From: Cyanobacteriota bacterium
GTDB taxonomy: Bacteria > Cyanobacteriota > Cyanobacteriia > Cyanobacteriales > Nostocaceae
Reading direction: 5' to 3'
DNA: 64,000 bases
NCBI GenBank assembly: GCA_046045965.1
Contig: JBJOKS010000013.1
Location: forward strand, 73,490 to 137,489
Positions within the stretch are counted from its first letter, which is position 1, and each line of letters begins with the position of its first letter. The notes beneath the pieces are model-generated. The model was not told the origin of the DNA, ran no database searches, and was given only the letters and a program-made list of their open reading frames with translations. The position numbers and the translations under genes were made by a program. Below are positions 22,098 through 33,267 of the stretch, piece after piece.

Positions 22098-24476
22098 ATG
22101 TCTAACGAAGAATCGAACCAGAATAATATTATTATTAGCGATCAAAGTGCTACAAAAGATAGTCTTGGTTTTGAACCTTATGTAATAGCTATGGCTGATT
22201 TCTTAACTAATCCTGACACACAACCGCCGCTAACTATTTCTATTGAAGGTGAATGGGGTAGCGGTAAATCTTTTTTTATGGAGAAACTTGAAACCCACAT
22301 AAAAGTGAAGTCTGAAGAGTTGAAAAAAGAAAAGTTAAATAAAGTTAAACGTGCTTCATGGCAATTTTGGAAATTAAAGTGCAGCCAAAAAACTCAAACA
22401 GTTTGGTTTAATGCTTGGAGACATGAAAAAGCTGAATCACTTTGGGCTACTTTTGCAATCTCTTTTTTAGAAGAAATATCTAGAAATCGTGATTGTCGAG
22501 ATTTTATACATAATCTATATAGTTCCTTACTACTGTTTATAAAACGTCTAGATTTTAAAGAGAAACCAATGAAATCTCTTCAGACATTATTTAGTGGAAT
22601 CGTAATTTGCAGTATTATTGTAGGGTTTATATATGTTGCTTTTTTTAAAGTTGGCTTTGCTGGAATTTCTAATTGGTCTGAACAGGTTGTAGAGATTATA
22701 GAAAAATCAAAGGGTGCAGATAAGGAAGAACCAAAAAACGAGCAAAAACCCAGCAGTAAAAATGCGGAAAATCTGCCTTTAACTCTCTCATTATTATTTG
22801 GAGGTGCTGCTGGTTCATTGGCCGGAGTAGGTAAACTTCTGGCCAAGTTAAAGGAATTAATTGGTGATCCGAAAATGGATTTGACTCAATATCTGGAATC
22901 ACCTGACTATAAAAGCCAAGTTGCTTTTGTGGAAAAGTTCCATGCAGATTTTAGGAAGATTGTGGAAGCTTATGTAGGAAAAGATGAAAAAGTTTATGTT
23001 TTTATTGATGATCTTGACCGTTGTGAATTAGGTAAAGCGGCTGATTTGTTACAAGCTCTCAATATGATGATTTCCAATGAACCGCAGATAATTTTTATTT
23101 TGGGTATGGATCGAGAAAAGGTAGCAGCAGGGATAACATATAAACAGAAAGATGTACTTCCCTATCTGGCTTCAATTGCAGGAAGAAATCAAGATCCGAA
23201 AAAAGAAATTGATACCATAAGCAAGCAGTTGAACTATGGCTTTAGTTATCTGGAAAAATTTGTTCAATTATCCTTTACACTTCCCAAACCTTCAGAAAAT
23301 AGTTTAGATGGCTTTTTTGAAGATCTATCTTCTAGTCATAAAGAAAAGGTAACTTCTGAAAAAAGCTTTTTTTGGACTTCTACTGTCTTATTTATCAACC
23401 AAAAGTTCGATGATGTAAAAAGTAAAATAAAAAAGTCTAAGAAAGCAGATACAAAATTTGATACAGAATCAGAAGTTAAAGAAAATTCAAAACCTAATCA
23501 TCTAGAACTAGCACTTTTCCCCATCGTTAAAAAACATTTAGAAAAAGATGAAAAAGAAGACCTTATAAAAATGGTTGCTCCTTTTTTTGATAATAATCCT
23601 CGTCGATTGAAGCAATACATTAATGGATTTAGATTAACAAGATATATCTATTATTATGCCATTGGAGTTAAGTGGGAGGAAAAAAAGCAAATAATAACTC
23701 AACAGCAATTAGGTAAGTTTGTGGCAATTACTCTCCAATATCCCCGTCTTTTAAATGAACTTAAAAAAGACAATATGCTACTTAACCAGTTAGAACAGTG
23801 TGCTATTGATAAATTCAATCAATCGAATAGTTTTAATAATTCTCAGAATACTGAACTTACAGTCAATAATCAGGGAGATGCAAATTACGGAGATGCAAGT
23901 TACTGGGTAAACACATATCAAAAACTAGCAGAATTACTTTACTATGGAGTGAAAACAGATCCGGACAATTATAGTCTTAAAAATGAAGGTATTAAAAAAC
24001 TCCTGGAAGTTTCACCAAAACTAGAGCTACCTTCTAAATATTTCAAACTGCGTGAGTTTCTGGAAGAGAAAAAATGGCAAGATGCAGACGTAGAAACGCT
24101 GATTTTAATGCGGAATGTAGCCGAGCGAGAGGGTTATGAAATGAATGGTAAGGCGTATTTTAGAACTATCGAAGATTTTCCTTTAAAAGACCGCTACATT
24201 ATTGACCAACTTTGGGTAAAATACAGCGCAGGACACTTTGGTTTTTCTGTCCAACAGCGCATCTATCAAGAATTCGGTGGTACTATTATCAATGATGATG
24301 AAGAAATCAGGAACAAATTCCTCAATCACGTAGGATGGCGACAAGAAAACGACCTCACCTTCACAGCGGATGCGTATGAAACAGCACCCAAGGGATATCT
24401 CCCTAAAAAAGTGTATTGGTACATCAGCATAAGGGAATTAACATTTGAAAACCAGGACAGAGATTCTCTTCTCTAG
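22098..24476 (+). CDS. KAP-family P-loop NTPase with C-terminal GUN4 domain
   Basis: D-LG, GEWGSGKS, WFNAW, two TMs, FIDDLDRC, YLEKFVQ, NPRRLK; GUN4-like WQDADVET, DQLWVKYSAGHFGFSVQ, APKGYLP. Confidence 0.85.
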   Translation: MSNEESNQNNIIISDQSATKDSLGFEPYVIAMADFLTNPDTQPPLTISIEGEWGSGKSFFMEKLETHIKVKSEELKKEKLNKVKRASWQFWKLKCSQKTQTVWFNAWRHEKAESLWATFAISFLEEISRNRDCRDFIHNLYSSLLLFIKRLDFKEKPMKSLQTLFSGIVICSIIVGFIYVAFFKVGFAGISNWSEQVVEIIEKSKGADKEEPKNEQKPSSKNAENLPLTLSLLFGGAAGSLAGVGKLLAKLKELIGDPKMDLTQYLESPDYKSQVAFVEKFHADFRKIVEAYVGKDEKVYVFIDDLDRCELGKAADLLQALNMMISNEPQIIFILGMDREKVAAGITYKQKDVLPYLASIAGRNQDPKKEIDTISKQLNYGFSYLEKFVQLSFTLPKPSENSLDGFFEDLSSSHKEKVTSEKSFFWTSTVLFINQKFDDVKSKIKKSKKADTKFDTESEVKENSKPNHLELALFPIVKKHLEKDEKEDLIKMVAPFFDNNPRRLKQYINGFRLTRYIYYYAIGVKWEEKKQIITQQQLGKFVAITLQYPRLLNELKKDNMLLNQLEQCAIDKFNQSNSFNNSQNTELTVNNQGDANYGDASYWVNTYQKLAELLYYGVKTDPDNYSLKNEGIKKLLEVSPKLELPSKYFKLREFLEEKKWQDADVETLILMRNVAEREGYEMNGKAYFRTIEDFPLKDRYIIDQLWVKYSAGHFGFSVQQRIYQEFGGTIINDDEEIRNKFLNHVGWRQENDLTFTADAYETAPKGYLPKKVYWYISIRELTFENQDRDSLL

Positions 24477-24534
24477 CGTCCAAACTTGTAAGCTTAAAAA
24501 CATAATTTTATACTACTAATTAAAGATTAATATG

Positions 24535-24569
24535 CCCCTCTCCGCCTCGGAGAGGGGTTGGGGTGAGGT
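24535..24569. repeat. Dispersed palindromic repeat CCCCTCTCCGCCTCGGAGAGGGGTTGGGGTGAGG
   Basis: GC hairpin typical of cyanobacterial intergenic repeats. Confidence 0.7.
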
Positions 24570-24604
24570 TCTAATTTCCAACAATCTTGGTAAAAATCAG
24601 AAAA

Positions 24605-25576
24605 ATGACACGCTTTATCCATGACCAATTTTCCAAACAATATCTTACAGAACTATTCACACCCTACGGTCAAGTAGAAATGAGTAAAGATATCACTTCC
24701 GAAGTGAGACAAATTGACGTATTCTTTACTCCCACATCTCCAGAAAACATAGGAGAATTAGGACTGTTAGGAAAAATGGGGACTTATGCAGCATCGGTCA
24801 TATTTGAACCATTCCGTAACGCAGTCAGTAAAAGTGAAATTCGTAGTTGCATGGGTAAACTATTTGATATTCATGCAGAAATAGAAAGACAAAACAAACG
24901 CAACGATACCCGAATTAATGAAACCGAACTACCCCATTTATGGATATTTACACCCACAGCATCAGAAGACATTTTAGCAGGTTGTAATGCTAATGTAGAT
25001 ATAGAAACATGGGGTCAAGGGGTTTATTTACTCGGTAAAGTCTTAAAAACTGGCATTGTGGCCATACATCAATTACCGAGTACACCAGAAACACTGTTTT
25101 TGAGGGTATTAGGTAGAGGAAAGGTACAAAGACAAGCAGTGGAAGAATTAGAAGCACTAGCTAAGAATAATCCAAGCTTGGAGAATGTTATAAAATTGGT
25201 AAATGACCTAATTGCCATGTTATCTGCACGTCAACAAAAAGAAAAAGATATTGATCAAGATGATCGGGAGTTGATTATGAAATTATCAGAAATGTATCAA
25301 CAATTATTAGAAGAACTCAAAGAAGAACAAAGACAAGAAGGACGACAAGAAGGACGACAAGAAGGACGACAAGAAGGAGAATTAATAGGAATTGATAGAG
25401 GGATTCAAAGAGAACGTCGTGCTATGGTAGAAAGTATTCTACAAGTAAGGTTTGGAGAAGTTGATCCTGAATTAGCAAACATTATTGATCAAGTAATTGC
25501 TATGTCCAGGGAAGAATTTACACCCTTACTTTTAAATTTATCTCGTGCAGATTTATTAGCGAGGTTTAAAAAGTAG
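24605..25576 (+). CDS. Rpn-like (PD-(D/E)XK) protein with QEGR repeats
   Basis: HDQFSKQYL, RQIDVFF, IFEPFR; 12-bp CAAGAAGGACGA repeats; C-terminal RFG module. Confidence 0.7.
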   Translation: MTRFIHDQFSKQYLTELFTPYGQVEMSKDITSEVRQIDVFFTPTSPENIGELGLLGKMGTYAASVIFEPFRNAVSKSEIRSCMGKLFDIHAEIERQNKRNDTRINETELPHLWIFTPTASEDILAGCNANVDIETWGQGVYLLGKVLKTGIVAIHQLPSTPETLFLRVLGRGKVQRQAVEELEALAKNNPSLENVIKLVNDLIAMLSARQQKEKDIDQDDRELIMKLSEMYQQLLEELKEEQRQEGRQEGRQEGRQEGELIGIDRGIQRERRAMVESILQVRFGEVDPELANIIDQVIAMSREEFTPLLLNLSRADLLARFKK

Positions 25577-25583
25577 CAGAATT

Positions 25584-25731
<148 letters not shown>

Positions 25732-25734
25732 AAA

Positions 25735-25900
25735 ATATTAAGCAAAGTATAAAAAAATATTAAATTTTACTGCGATTGTGGAAAAAATATGACCTCTTGG
25801 GGAAAAAGTTGTGGAAAACTTAAACATTTTTTAAGTAAATTAAATTGAGTATAATTACCTTGTGGAAAACTAGCCTGGTTTTTCCACAGCTTTTCCACAG
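25735..25900. other. Probable replication origin oriC (DnaA-box cluster)
   Basis: TGTGGAAAA at 25777, 25810, 25861; TGGGGAAAA at 25798; TTTTCCACA at 25880, 25891; AT-rich spacers; directly upstream of dnaN. Confidence 0.88.
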
Positions 25901-26027
25901 ATATAGCAATCAGTAATCAGCAACCAAGAGGTAACAATTTTGACTTCTGACTTTTGACTTTTGACTTGTGAACAGTCCCCAGCCCAAAATTTGCTACGAT
26001 AATCCTTCACCAGTTGAATCAATATTT

Positions 26028-27176
26028 ATGAAATTAGTTTGCTCTCAGAGTGATCTTAGTACAAATCTTTCACTCGTCAGTCGTGCAGTACCATCAAGAC
26101 CTACCCATCCTGTACTTGCAAACGTGCTGCTGCAAGCGGATGCTGAAACTAACCAAGTCAGTTTAACAGCTTTTGATCTCAGTTTGGGTATCCGTACCAG
26201 TTTTAGTGCTGAGGTCATCGAAGGAGGTGCGATCGCTCTTCCTGCTAAACTACTTGTAGATATTACCTCCCGTCTACCAGAAGGGGAAATTACCCTCGAT
26301 GATGAATCAGGAGACAACACCGGAGAAGGTATAATTGTCACCCTTAAACCCAAAAGCGGTAAGTATCAAGTCCGCGCAATGGGAGCAGAAGAATTTCCCG
26401 AATTACCTGTAATTGAAGCCTCGGAAGCAATTCAACTCACCACCGCTGCATTAATTGAAGGATTAAAAGGTTCATTATTTGCTACCAGTGCCGATGAAAC
26501 CAAACAAGTGCTGACTGGTGTACATTTAACAGTTAAACAGGATACCTTAGAATTTGCGGCTACTGACGGACATCGTTTAGCAGTGCTGGAAACTGCTAAC
26601 GAGCGTCCCCTTGAAGGTAACGAACAACTAGAAGTAACAGTACCAGCGAGAGCATTACGGGAATTACAGAGGATGTTAGCTCATAGTTCCTCAGAAGAAA
26701 CTGTAGCCTTATATTTGGATCAAGGTCAAGTGGTATTTGCTTGGCAAAATCAACGTTTAACTAGCCGCACTTTAGAAGGACAATATCCCGCTTATCGGCA
26801 ATTAATACCGCGTCAATTTGAGCGACAAGTAACACTGGAACGGCGGCAATTTATCAGCACTTTGGAAAGAATTGCAGTGTTAGCTGATCAGAAAAATAAT
26901 ATTGTCAAAATCAGCATTGATAACGCTAATCAAGAAATTACTTTATCTTGTGAAGCGCAAGATGTGGGTAGTGGTACAGAGTCAATGCCAGCACAAATTT
27001 CAGGGGAAGATATAGACATTGCTTTTAACGTCAAATATTTAATGGAAGGCTTGAAAGAGTTACCAGCTTCGGAAATTCAAATGCACTTAAATCAAAGTTT
27101 AACCCCAGTAATTTTTACACCTTTAGGTGGGTTAAAAATGACCTATTTAGCTATGCCTGTGCAGTTGAGAAATTAA
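26028..27176 (+). CDS. dnaN: DNA polymerase III beta clamp
   Basis: MKLVCSQ, ATDGHRL, EGQYPAY, IAFNVKYL, LAMPV. Confidence 0.97.
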   Translation: MKLVCSQSDLSTNLSLVSRAVPSRPTHPVLANVLLQADAETNQVSLTAFDLSLGIRTSFSAEVIEGGAIALPAKLLVDITSRLPEGEITLDDESGDNTGEGIIVTLKPKSGKYQVRAMGAEEFPELPVIEASEAIQLTTAALIEGLKGSLFATSADETKQVLTGVHLTVKQDTLEFAATDGHRLAVLETANERPLEGNEQLEVTVPARALRELQRMLAHSSSEETVALYLDQGQVVFAWQNQRLTSRTLEGQYPAYRQLIPRQFERQVTLERRQFISTLERIAVLADQKNNIVKISIDNANQEITLSCEAQDVGSGTESMPAQISGEDIDIAFNVKYLMEGLKELPASEIQMHLNQSLTPVIFTPLGGLKMTYLAMPVQLRN

Positions 27177-27265
27177 TAGGTAATTGGGGACTGGGGACTG
27201 GGGACTGGGAACAGAAAGCAGGGGGGGCAGGGGAGGCAGGGGAAGAAACAACTAATGACTAATGA

Positions 27266-30046
27266 CTAACGACTAATGACTATATGTTTAATAGGTATTT
27301 CAATCCAGAATTGCGTACCTACATTTGGTTGGGAATCACATTTCAAAATCCCACCGTGTTTTTCCACAATAATTTGATAACTAATTGATAAACCCAAACC
27401 AGTACCTTTTCCTACTGGCTTAGTGGTAAAAAATGGGTCAAATATTCTGGCTTTGATAGCTTCTGGCATTCCTGGACCGTTGTCACTAATATGAATAACG
27501 GCACTGTTCACATTGTCATTAATTACTCCCACAGTAGTAGAAATACTAATTTTCCCTGACTGGGGATTTTCCGATGAATATTTTCTGTAACTTTCTAAAG
27601 CATCAATGGCATTACTCAAAACATTCATAAAGACTTGATTGAGTTGTCCTGCATAACATTCTACCAATGGTAAATTACCATATTCTTTGATAATTTGAAT
27701 GGCAGGAGATTCAGGTCTTGCTTTTAAACGATGCTGTAAAATTAATAATGTGCTATCAATACCTTCATGAATATTTACCTCTTTCATTTCTGCTTCATCA
27801 AGACGTGAAAAATTCCGTAAAGATAAGACAATTTGCCGAATTCTATCTACCCCTATTTTCATAGAAGATAAACTTTTTGGTAAATCTTCTAGGAGAAATT
27901 CTAAATCTAGTTCTTCTGCTAGTTCGGAAATTTCTTCACAGGGTTGGGGATATTTTTGCTGATAGATATCTAGCATATTCAGTAAATCTTCAGCATATTC
28001 ATTGATATGGGTAAGATTGCCAGAAATAAAGTTAACTGGGTTATTAATTTCATGGGCAACACCAGCTACAAGTTGCCCTAAAGATGACATTTTTTCAGTT
28101 TGAATCAGTTGGGTTTGAGTGGTTTGTAATTCATTCAAAGTTTGTGTTAGCTGTTCTGCTTGTTGCTGAGTTTTTACCAGTAATTCAGCTTGTTGAATTG
28201 CTACTCCCAGTTGACAGGCAATTTGACTGATAAAATTCACTTCTGAGGTTTTCCATTGACGTGGACCAGTGTGTTGATAAGTGCAGAGTAAACCCCAAAG
28301 TTTTTTCCTAATAAATATAGGCGCTAATACAAAAGCATGAATTTGAAATTGCTCTAAATTATCGACATGACAGGGAGTAAATCCCATTTTATAAATATCA
28401 TCTACGGCAAAGGTTTCATTATTGCGGTATCTTCCTCCTTCCGTATCTTGTAAATATGTGTCATTCCAAATTGTATTAATTCCCAGTCTGGATTTATTAA
28501 ACCAGTTGGGACTTGTAGCTTCAAAATCAGCAACAAATTCTCCACCCCAATCATCACTAAATTTATAAACAGAAACTCGGTCAGATTTGATTAATTGACA
28601 AACTTCTTTGGTCGTTGTTTTAAAAATAGTTTCAATGTCTAGAGACTTACGAATTTTATTAATAACTCCAAATACAGCTTGTTGTTGTTCTGCTGTTCTT
28701 TGCATTTCCAATGTCCGCTTATGGACTTGTTTTTCTAAATTTTCATTAAAACTTTGTACTTGTTGATAAAGTTCATATTGCTGAATCGCAGAAGCAAAGT
28801 GTTTACTAATTTCTCTAGCTAGTTCAATTTCTGCATCTGTCCATTTTTGAGATTGTGATTTTTTAGATTCGCGCCACAAGTCAAAGGATAGACGGGGGTA
28901 AAGTTGTCTATGATCTGGGTCAAATTTGCCCGCCCAAAGAGTTTCTGTATCTATTTGATTGCGAAAAATACTTAAATAACCCACTAATTCTTGTCGATAG
29001 TGGAGGGGAATCATTAAAATACTGCGAATTTTTGTAGGTTTAAAAGCAAGTTGGACAATTCGTAAATGATAATCTTGATAAATATCAGGAATTGCCCAAA
29101 TGTCGTATTCACCAGATTTATAATGTTCCTGCCAAACACTATACTGTTCTAGTAATGGATATATGTTGGGGTTAGGAATAACTGGTTGCTGTCCACATAC
29201 ATAAAGCTGAAGACAATTACTACCAGGAATTAAACATTCTGTTAAAGATTTAAAACTACTATGTTGGAAGTTAAAGGCATTATGTCTCGTACATAACCTA
29301 CCACCAACACCATTAAATGCTGCAACTGTAGCTTCTAAAGCTGGTTGTAAAACTATTGTTGGTAGTGAATGCAGGAGGGTAGCAATACGGTTAATGATAG
29401 CTTCTCGTTCGGCTTTGGCACGGGTTTGGGTGAGGAGATTACTTTGAGCGATCGCTACAGATAATTGCTCTACCACCATCTGCATCGCATCTAGTTCATA
29501 TTCTGCCACGTCACGAGATTGAGAATGATGAGATGCTAATAATCCCCAAAGTTGATTTTGATGAATAATCGGTGCAACCACTGAAGATTTAACACCCATA
29601 GCTGTCAAATATTCTATATGACAAGGATCTACAGGACGGTAAAGAATATCCTCAGAGATAATTTCCCCTGTTTCTAAGTTACGCACAGGACTTTGGCCAA
29701 TTTCTCTGGACTCAACATTGACTACAGAACGCACCCGCGACTGAATAAACAGTTCCCGTGCATGGGGGGGAATATCATCAGCAGGAAAATTCAACCCCAA
29801 CAACGAGGGTAAACGATGTTCATAAATAGATTCAGCAATAACTTGTCCACTACCATCATCATGAAATTTATAAATCATTACTCGGTCAGTCCCTAATAAG
29901 GAACGAACCTCCGCTGTGGTTGCTGTAATAATGTCTTCTAGTTCTAAAGACTGACGGATACGATTTGTAATCCGACGTAGTAGAGTTTCTTGAGCCATAC
30001 CTGTTCGCAGGTCTAGTGGAGGGATGGAAACCATTTTTTTATACAA
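27266..30046 (-). CDS. aphC: Knotless phytochrome/cyanobacteriochrome histidine kinase (GAF-PHY-GAF-HK), AphC-like
   Basis: GAF1 FPADDIP..VDPCH; PHY tongue PRLSF; GAF3 WNDTYLQ..TPCH; HEINNP H-box and HATPase; exact start uncertain. Confidence 0.8.
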   Translation of the reverse strand: MYKKMVSIPPLDLRTGMAQETLLRRITNRIRQSLELEDIITATTAEVRSLLGTDRVMIYKFHDDGSGQVIAESIYEHRLPSLLGLNFPADDIPPHARELFIQSRVRSVVNVESREIGQSPVRNLETGEIISEDILYRPVDPCHIEYLTAMGVKSSVVAPIIHQNQLWGLLASHHSQSRDVAEYELDAMQMVVEQLSVAIAQSNLLTQTRAKAEREAIINRIATLLHSLPTIVLQPALEATVAAFNGVGGRLCTRHNAFNFQHSSFKSLTECLIPGSNCLQLYVCGQQPVIPNPNIYPLLEQYSVWQEHYKSGEYDIWAIPDIYQDYHLRIVQLAFKPTKIRSILMIPLHYRQELVGYLSIFRNQIDTETLWAGKFDPDHRQLYPRLSFDLWRESKKSQSQKWTDAEIELAREISKHFASAIQQYELYQQVQSFNENLEKQVHKRTLEMQRTAEQQQAVFGVINKIRKSLDIETIFKTTTKEVCQLIKSDRVSVYKFSDDWGGEFVADFEATSPNWFNKSRLGINTIWNDTYLQDTEGGRYRNNETFAVDDIYKMGFTPCHVDNLEQFQIHAFVLAPIFIRKKLWGLLCTYQHTGPRQWKTSEVNFISQIACQLGVAIQQAELLVKTQQQAEQLTQTLNELQTTQTQLIQTEKMSSLGQLVAGVAHEINNPVNFISGNLTHINEYAEDLLNMLDIYQQKYPQPCEEISELAEELDLEFLLEDLPKSLSSMKIGVDRIRQIVLSLRNFSRLDEAEMKEVNIHEGIDSTLLILQHRLKARPESPAIQIIKEYGNLPLVECYAGQLNQVFMNVLSNAIDALESYRKYSSENPQSGKISISTTVGVINDNVNSAVIHISDNGPGMPEAIKARIFDPFFTTKPVGKGTGLGLSISYQIIVEKHGGILKCDSQPNVGTQFWIEIPIKHIVISR

Positions 30047-30339
30047 TTATTTAATATTTTACTATAACTATAGTTGATTATTAAGCTTAATAATATTTAA
30101 AGGTTTCGTTTCGGGATTTGTCTTCGGTGAGACTACGGTCAAATCCTAGATGTAACAATTATTAATTTTATGGTAAATTTCCGCATAATTATTGCTAGGG
30201 AACAGTGAATAGGTGACAGGTGACAAAAATAATCCAAAATCTAAACTTCAAAAATAGGTAATAGGGCGTGTATATCTTTAGTTATACATCCTGCCTTTTG
30301 CCTTTTGCCTCTTGGCTCCCATCACCTATCACCTATCAT

Positions 30340-31527
30340 TTAAACTCTCACATTGTCAGCAAAACGGATTTTCAGATAATCTTCTTCCATTTTTGCCCCT
30401 GATGGTTGTAGTGCGGCTAAAGCTTGGGGTAAAACCAAGTTACGGCGATGATTACCAATAGTAATGTTTAATTCGTCGCCACTTTTACTTAGCTGAACTT
30501 GGCTTTTAGGAATGCCAGGTAAATAAATTTCCAAGCTGTATTGGTTATTTTCCTGCACAACTCTGATCGTGGTTTCTTTGTAATAAACCTGAGTGGGATC
30601 TTCGTCTGGGTAGAGAGTTTCTTTAAGTCTCTCTAATGCTGCTAAACCACACATTTCTTCAGAATAAAGAGGTACTTCTTTCACAGGTAAGGGAAGGAAG
30701 TTTTCATGAATTTCTTGGCGGTATTGTTCTTGATTTTCTTTCCAACGTTGGAAAAATGGATCTTCAACTTCTTTAGGAATAATGCGATTAGCAATAATTA
30801 AATCTGTCGCCACATTATACAAACTCAGATAAGCATGAGCGCGAAGAGATTCTTTAATCACCATTTTTTCTGGGTTGGTGACAAGACGAACTGAGGTTTG
30901 AGTATTATCAGTTAATACTTTTTCCAGTGCTTCTATTTGTTCATAAAATTCATAAGGCGCATCCATCACTTCTTTATCTGGTAAAGAAAACCCAGCAATT
31001 GGCCTAAAAATAGGTTCTACCAAAGGTCTGAGTGCGACTGAGATATTTTGAAAAGGTTTGTAAAAACGCCGCATATACCAGCCACCAACTTCTGGTAAAC
31101 TTAACAGACGTAGTGCAGTACCAGTAGGTGCAGAATCAATAATTAAAACGTCAAATTCCCCTTCATCATAATGACGTTTCATTCTTACCAAACCGAAAAT
31201 TTCATCCATTCCTGGTAAAATTGCCAGTTCTTCCGCTTGTATTCCATCTAAACCCCTTGCTTGCAAAACTTGGGTAATATAACGCTTTACCGCACCCCAA
31301 TTACCTTCTAATTCTTGCAGTGCATCAAGTTCTGCACCCCATAAATTTGGCCGGACTTGTTTAGCGTCGTGTCCCAATTCTAGATCAAAACTGTCTGCTA
31401 GGGAGTGAGCAGGATCTGTACTTAAAACCAGTGTCCGATAACCGAGTTCTGCACACCGGAGTCCAGTTGCAGCTGCGACGGAGGTTTTACCTACGCCACC
31501 TTTACCTGTCATTAAAATTACTCGCAT
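30340..31527 (-). CDS. ArsA/GET3-family ATPase with C-terminal HSP20-like domain
   Basis: [22 protein letters not shown]. Confidence 0.92.
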   Translation of the reverse strand: MRVILMTGKGGVGKTSVAAATGLRCAELGYRTLVLSTDPAHSLADSFDLELGHDAKQVRPNLWGAELDALQELEGNWGAVKRYITQVLQARGLDGIQAEELAILPGMDEIFGLVRMKRHYDEGEFDVLIIDSAPTGTALRLLSLPEVGGWYMRRFYKPFQNISVALRPLVEPIFRPIAGFSLPDKEVMDAPYEFYEQIEALEKVLTDNTQTSVRLVTNPEKMVIKESLRAHAYLSLYNVATDLIIANRIIPKEVEDPFFQRWKENQEQYRQEIHENFLPLPVKEVPLYSEEMCGLAALERLKETLYPDEDPTQVYYKETTIRVVQENNQYSLEIYLPGIPKSQVQLSKSGDELNITIGNHRRNLVLPQALAALQPSGAKMEEDYLKIRFADNVRV

Positions 31528-31570
31528 GAATGATTAGGTCCTGCCTGAATTTTGTTTACATTTATTTACA

Positions 31571-31960
31571 TTATCCTTTGTTTACGGAAAATAGGTGTTG
31601 CTTCAGCACATCTAATTGGGAACAATGCCAATAGTCAATGTGGGAAATTATTAAACCTTCCGTATTGAGACGTAGTTCACTCCAACCAGAGATAGATATC
31701 CTTGGTTTCCAGGGTAAAGGAGAATTCCAGCTAAGTGTCCACTCGCTTTTAATGATGTCTTCTTGTTGTTGAATATTATGTAAATCCATTTTTAGATTGA
31801 GGAAGAAAGTCTGGATAAATTTAATCATCCATTTGTAAAGTCCCAAACCCCGAAATTTAAATACAGCATCTTGAAAATAAACATCGTTTGCATAAATGCT
31901 GTAGGTTTGATTTTCTGGAAATCTCGCGTAATCTGCTTTAAGTGTTTCTAAAATATCCAT
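31571..31960 (-). CDS. DUF2358 (SnoaL/NTF2-like) protein
   Basis: YSIYANDVYFQD, LPWKPRI, SHIDYW. Confidence 0.82.
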   Translation of the reverse strand: MDILETLKADYARFPENQTYSIYANDVYFQDAVFKFRGLGLYKWMIKFIQTFFLNLKMDLHNIQQQEDIIKSEWTLSWNSPLPWKPRISISGWSELRLNTEGLIISHIDYWHCSQLDVLKQHLFSVNKG

Positions 31961-31961
31961 G

Positions 31962-32075
31962 ATTGGTAATTGGTAATTGGTAATTGGTAATTGGTAATTG
32001 GTGATTGGTAAATAATGATTATTATATATTCCCTATTCCCTATTCCCTCTTAACTGTCACCTGTCACCTGTCACC
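31962..32075 (+). repeat. STRR arrays (ATTGGTA x~7, TTCCCTA, TGTCACC)
   Basis: Tandem heptamers. Confidence 0.9.
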
Positions 32076-32967
32076 TATTACCTTGGGTTATTTCTACATA
32101 AATATGTTCTAAGCGGACAGGTTGACGAGAAATAGAATCAATGGGTATACCATCAAATCGGGCAATGATTTCTTTTAATTCTAGCATTTCTGGTAGTAAA
32201 AAAGCTAAATCGCTACCATAACGCCTGGGGATGAAATTATATTTTTGGGCTAGGGCGATCGCCTCTTCTTCTTGTGTTGTTTGTAACATGACAATTTCTT
32301 GACCCGGAATTAAAGTTTTTAACTCGGATAAACTACCCTCTGCTAATATTTTACCATCTTTTAAAATGCCAATGCGGTTACAAAGTCTTTCTGCTTCATC
32401 TAATAAATGGGTAGTTAATAAAATAGTCATTCCTTGATTTTTAAGATTACGAATTAATTCCCAAATTTCATATCGAGCTTCAATATCTAAACCTGTAGTT
32501 GGTTCATCAAGAATTACTAACTGGGGTTTATGTACCAAAGCAACAGCAATATTTAAACGTCTTTGCATTCCGCCGCTGAGAGTTTCAACAGGACTTTTGG
32601 CTCTATCTAATAAGTTAACAGCTTTGAGAGTTGCTTCTATTTGTTTTTGTTTTGTTTCTCGATCTAAACCGTAAATGTCAGCGAAAAAATTGAGATTTTC
32701 TGCACAGGAAAGGGTTTTATACAAGAGATTTTCTTGAGGAGCAATACCAATAAGTTTTTTTGTTACTTCCGAAATAGGTTGATGATTGATGGTAATATAA
32801 CCGCTGTCAGCATTGAGAAGATTACAAATAATATTGATGGTTGTTGTTTTTCCGGCTCCGTTTGCACCCAGTAAACCGTAAACTTCTCCTGGTTGAATAC
32901 TGAATGTTAAATTTTGGAGGACTTTTCGGCTTTTGTAGGACTTGTTTAAATTTTTAATTCTGAGCAT
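32071..32967 (-). CDS. ABC-2 type transporter ATP-binding protein
   Basis: GANGAGKTT, LSGGMQRR, ILDEPTTG. Confidence 0.93.
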   Translation of the reverse strand: MLRIKNLNKSYKSRKVLQNLTFSIQPGEVYGLLGANGAGKTTTINIICNLLNADSGYITINHQPISEVTKKLIGIAPQENLLYKTLSCAENLNFFADIYGLDRETKQKQIEATLKAVNLLDRAKSPVETLSGGMQRRLNIAVALVHKPQLVILDEPTTGLDIEARYEIWELIRNLKNQGMTILLTTHLLDEAERLCNRIGILKDGKILAEGSLSELKTLIPGQEIVMLQTTQEEEAIALAQKYNFIPRRYGSDLAFLLPEMLELKEIIARFDGIPIDSISRQPVRLEHIYVEITQGNR

Positions 32968-33267
32968 GGTTGTGATTAACTTTGAATTTTTTAGACGTAA
33001 CCCTAACAGTCTAATACTACCTCCGTGATGTTTTACGTCATCAGGAACTTACCCAAAGTGATAATGAGACATATCTTGTTTGCCAAATAACATTTTTTGC
33101 GATATAACTAAGAATAATTACGCATTTGAGTAATTTTTCAACTGCACTCAAGGAATTTCCGGTAATAGCACCAGTGGCTTAAGTCCTGGACAAAAAACGG
33201 AAGTTTTTGCTTTGGAATAATTATCAACCCTAACTCATCCTAATCTTAGTTAAAGACAAAACTAACT

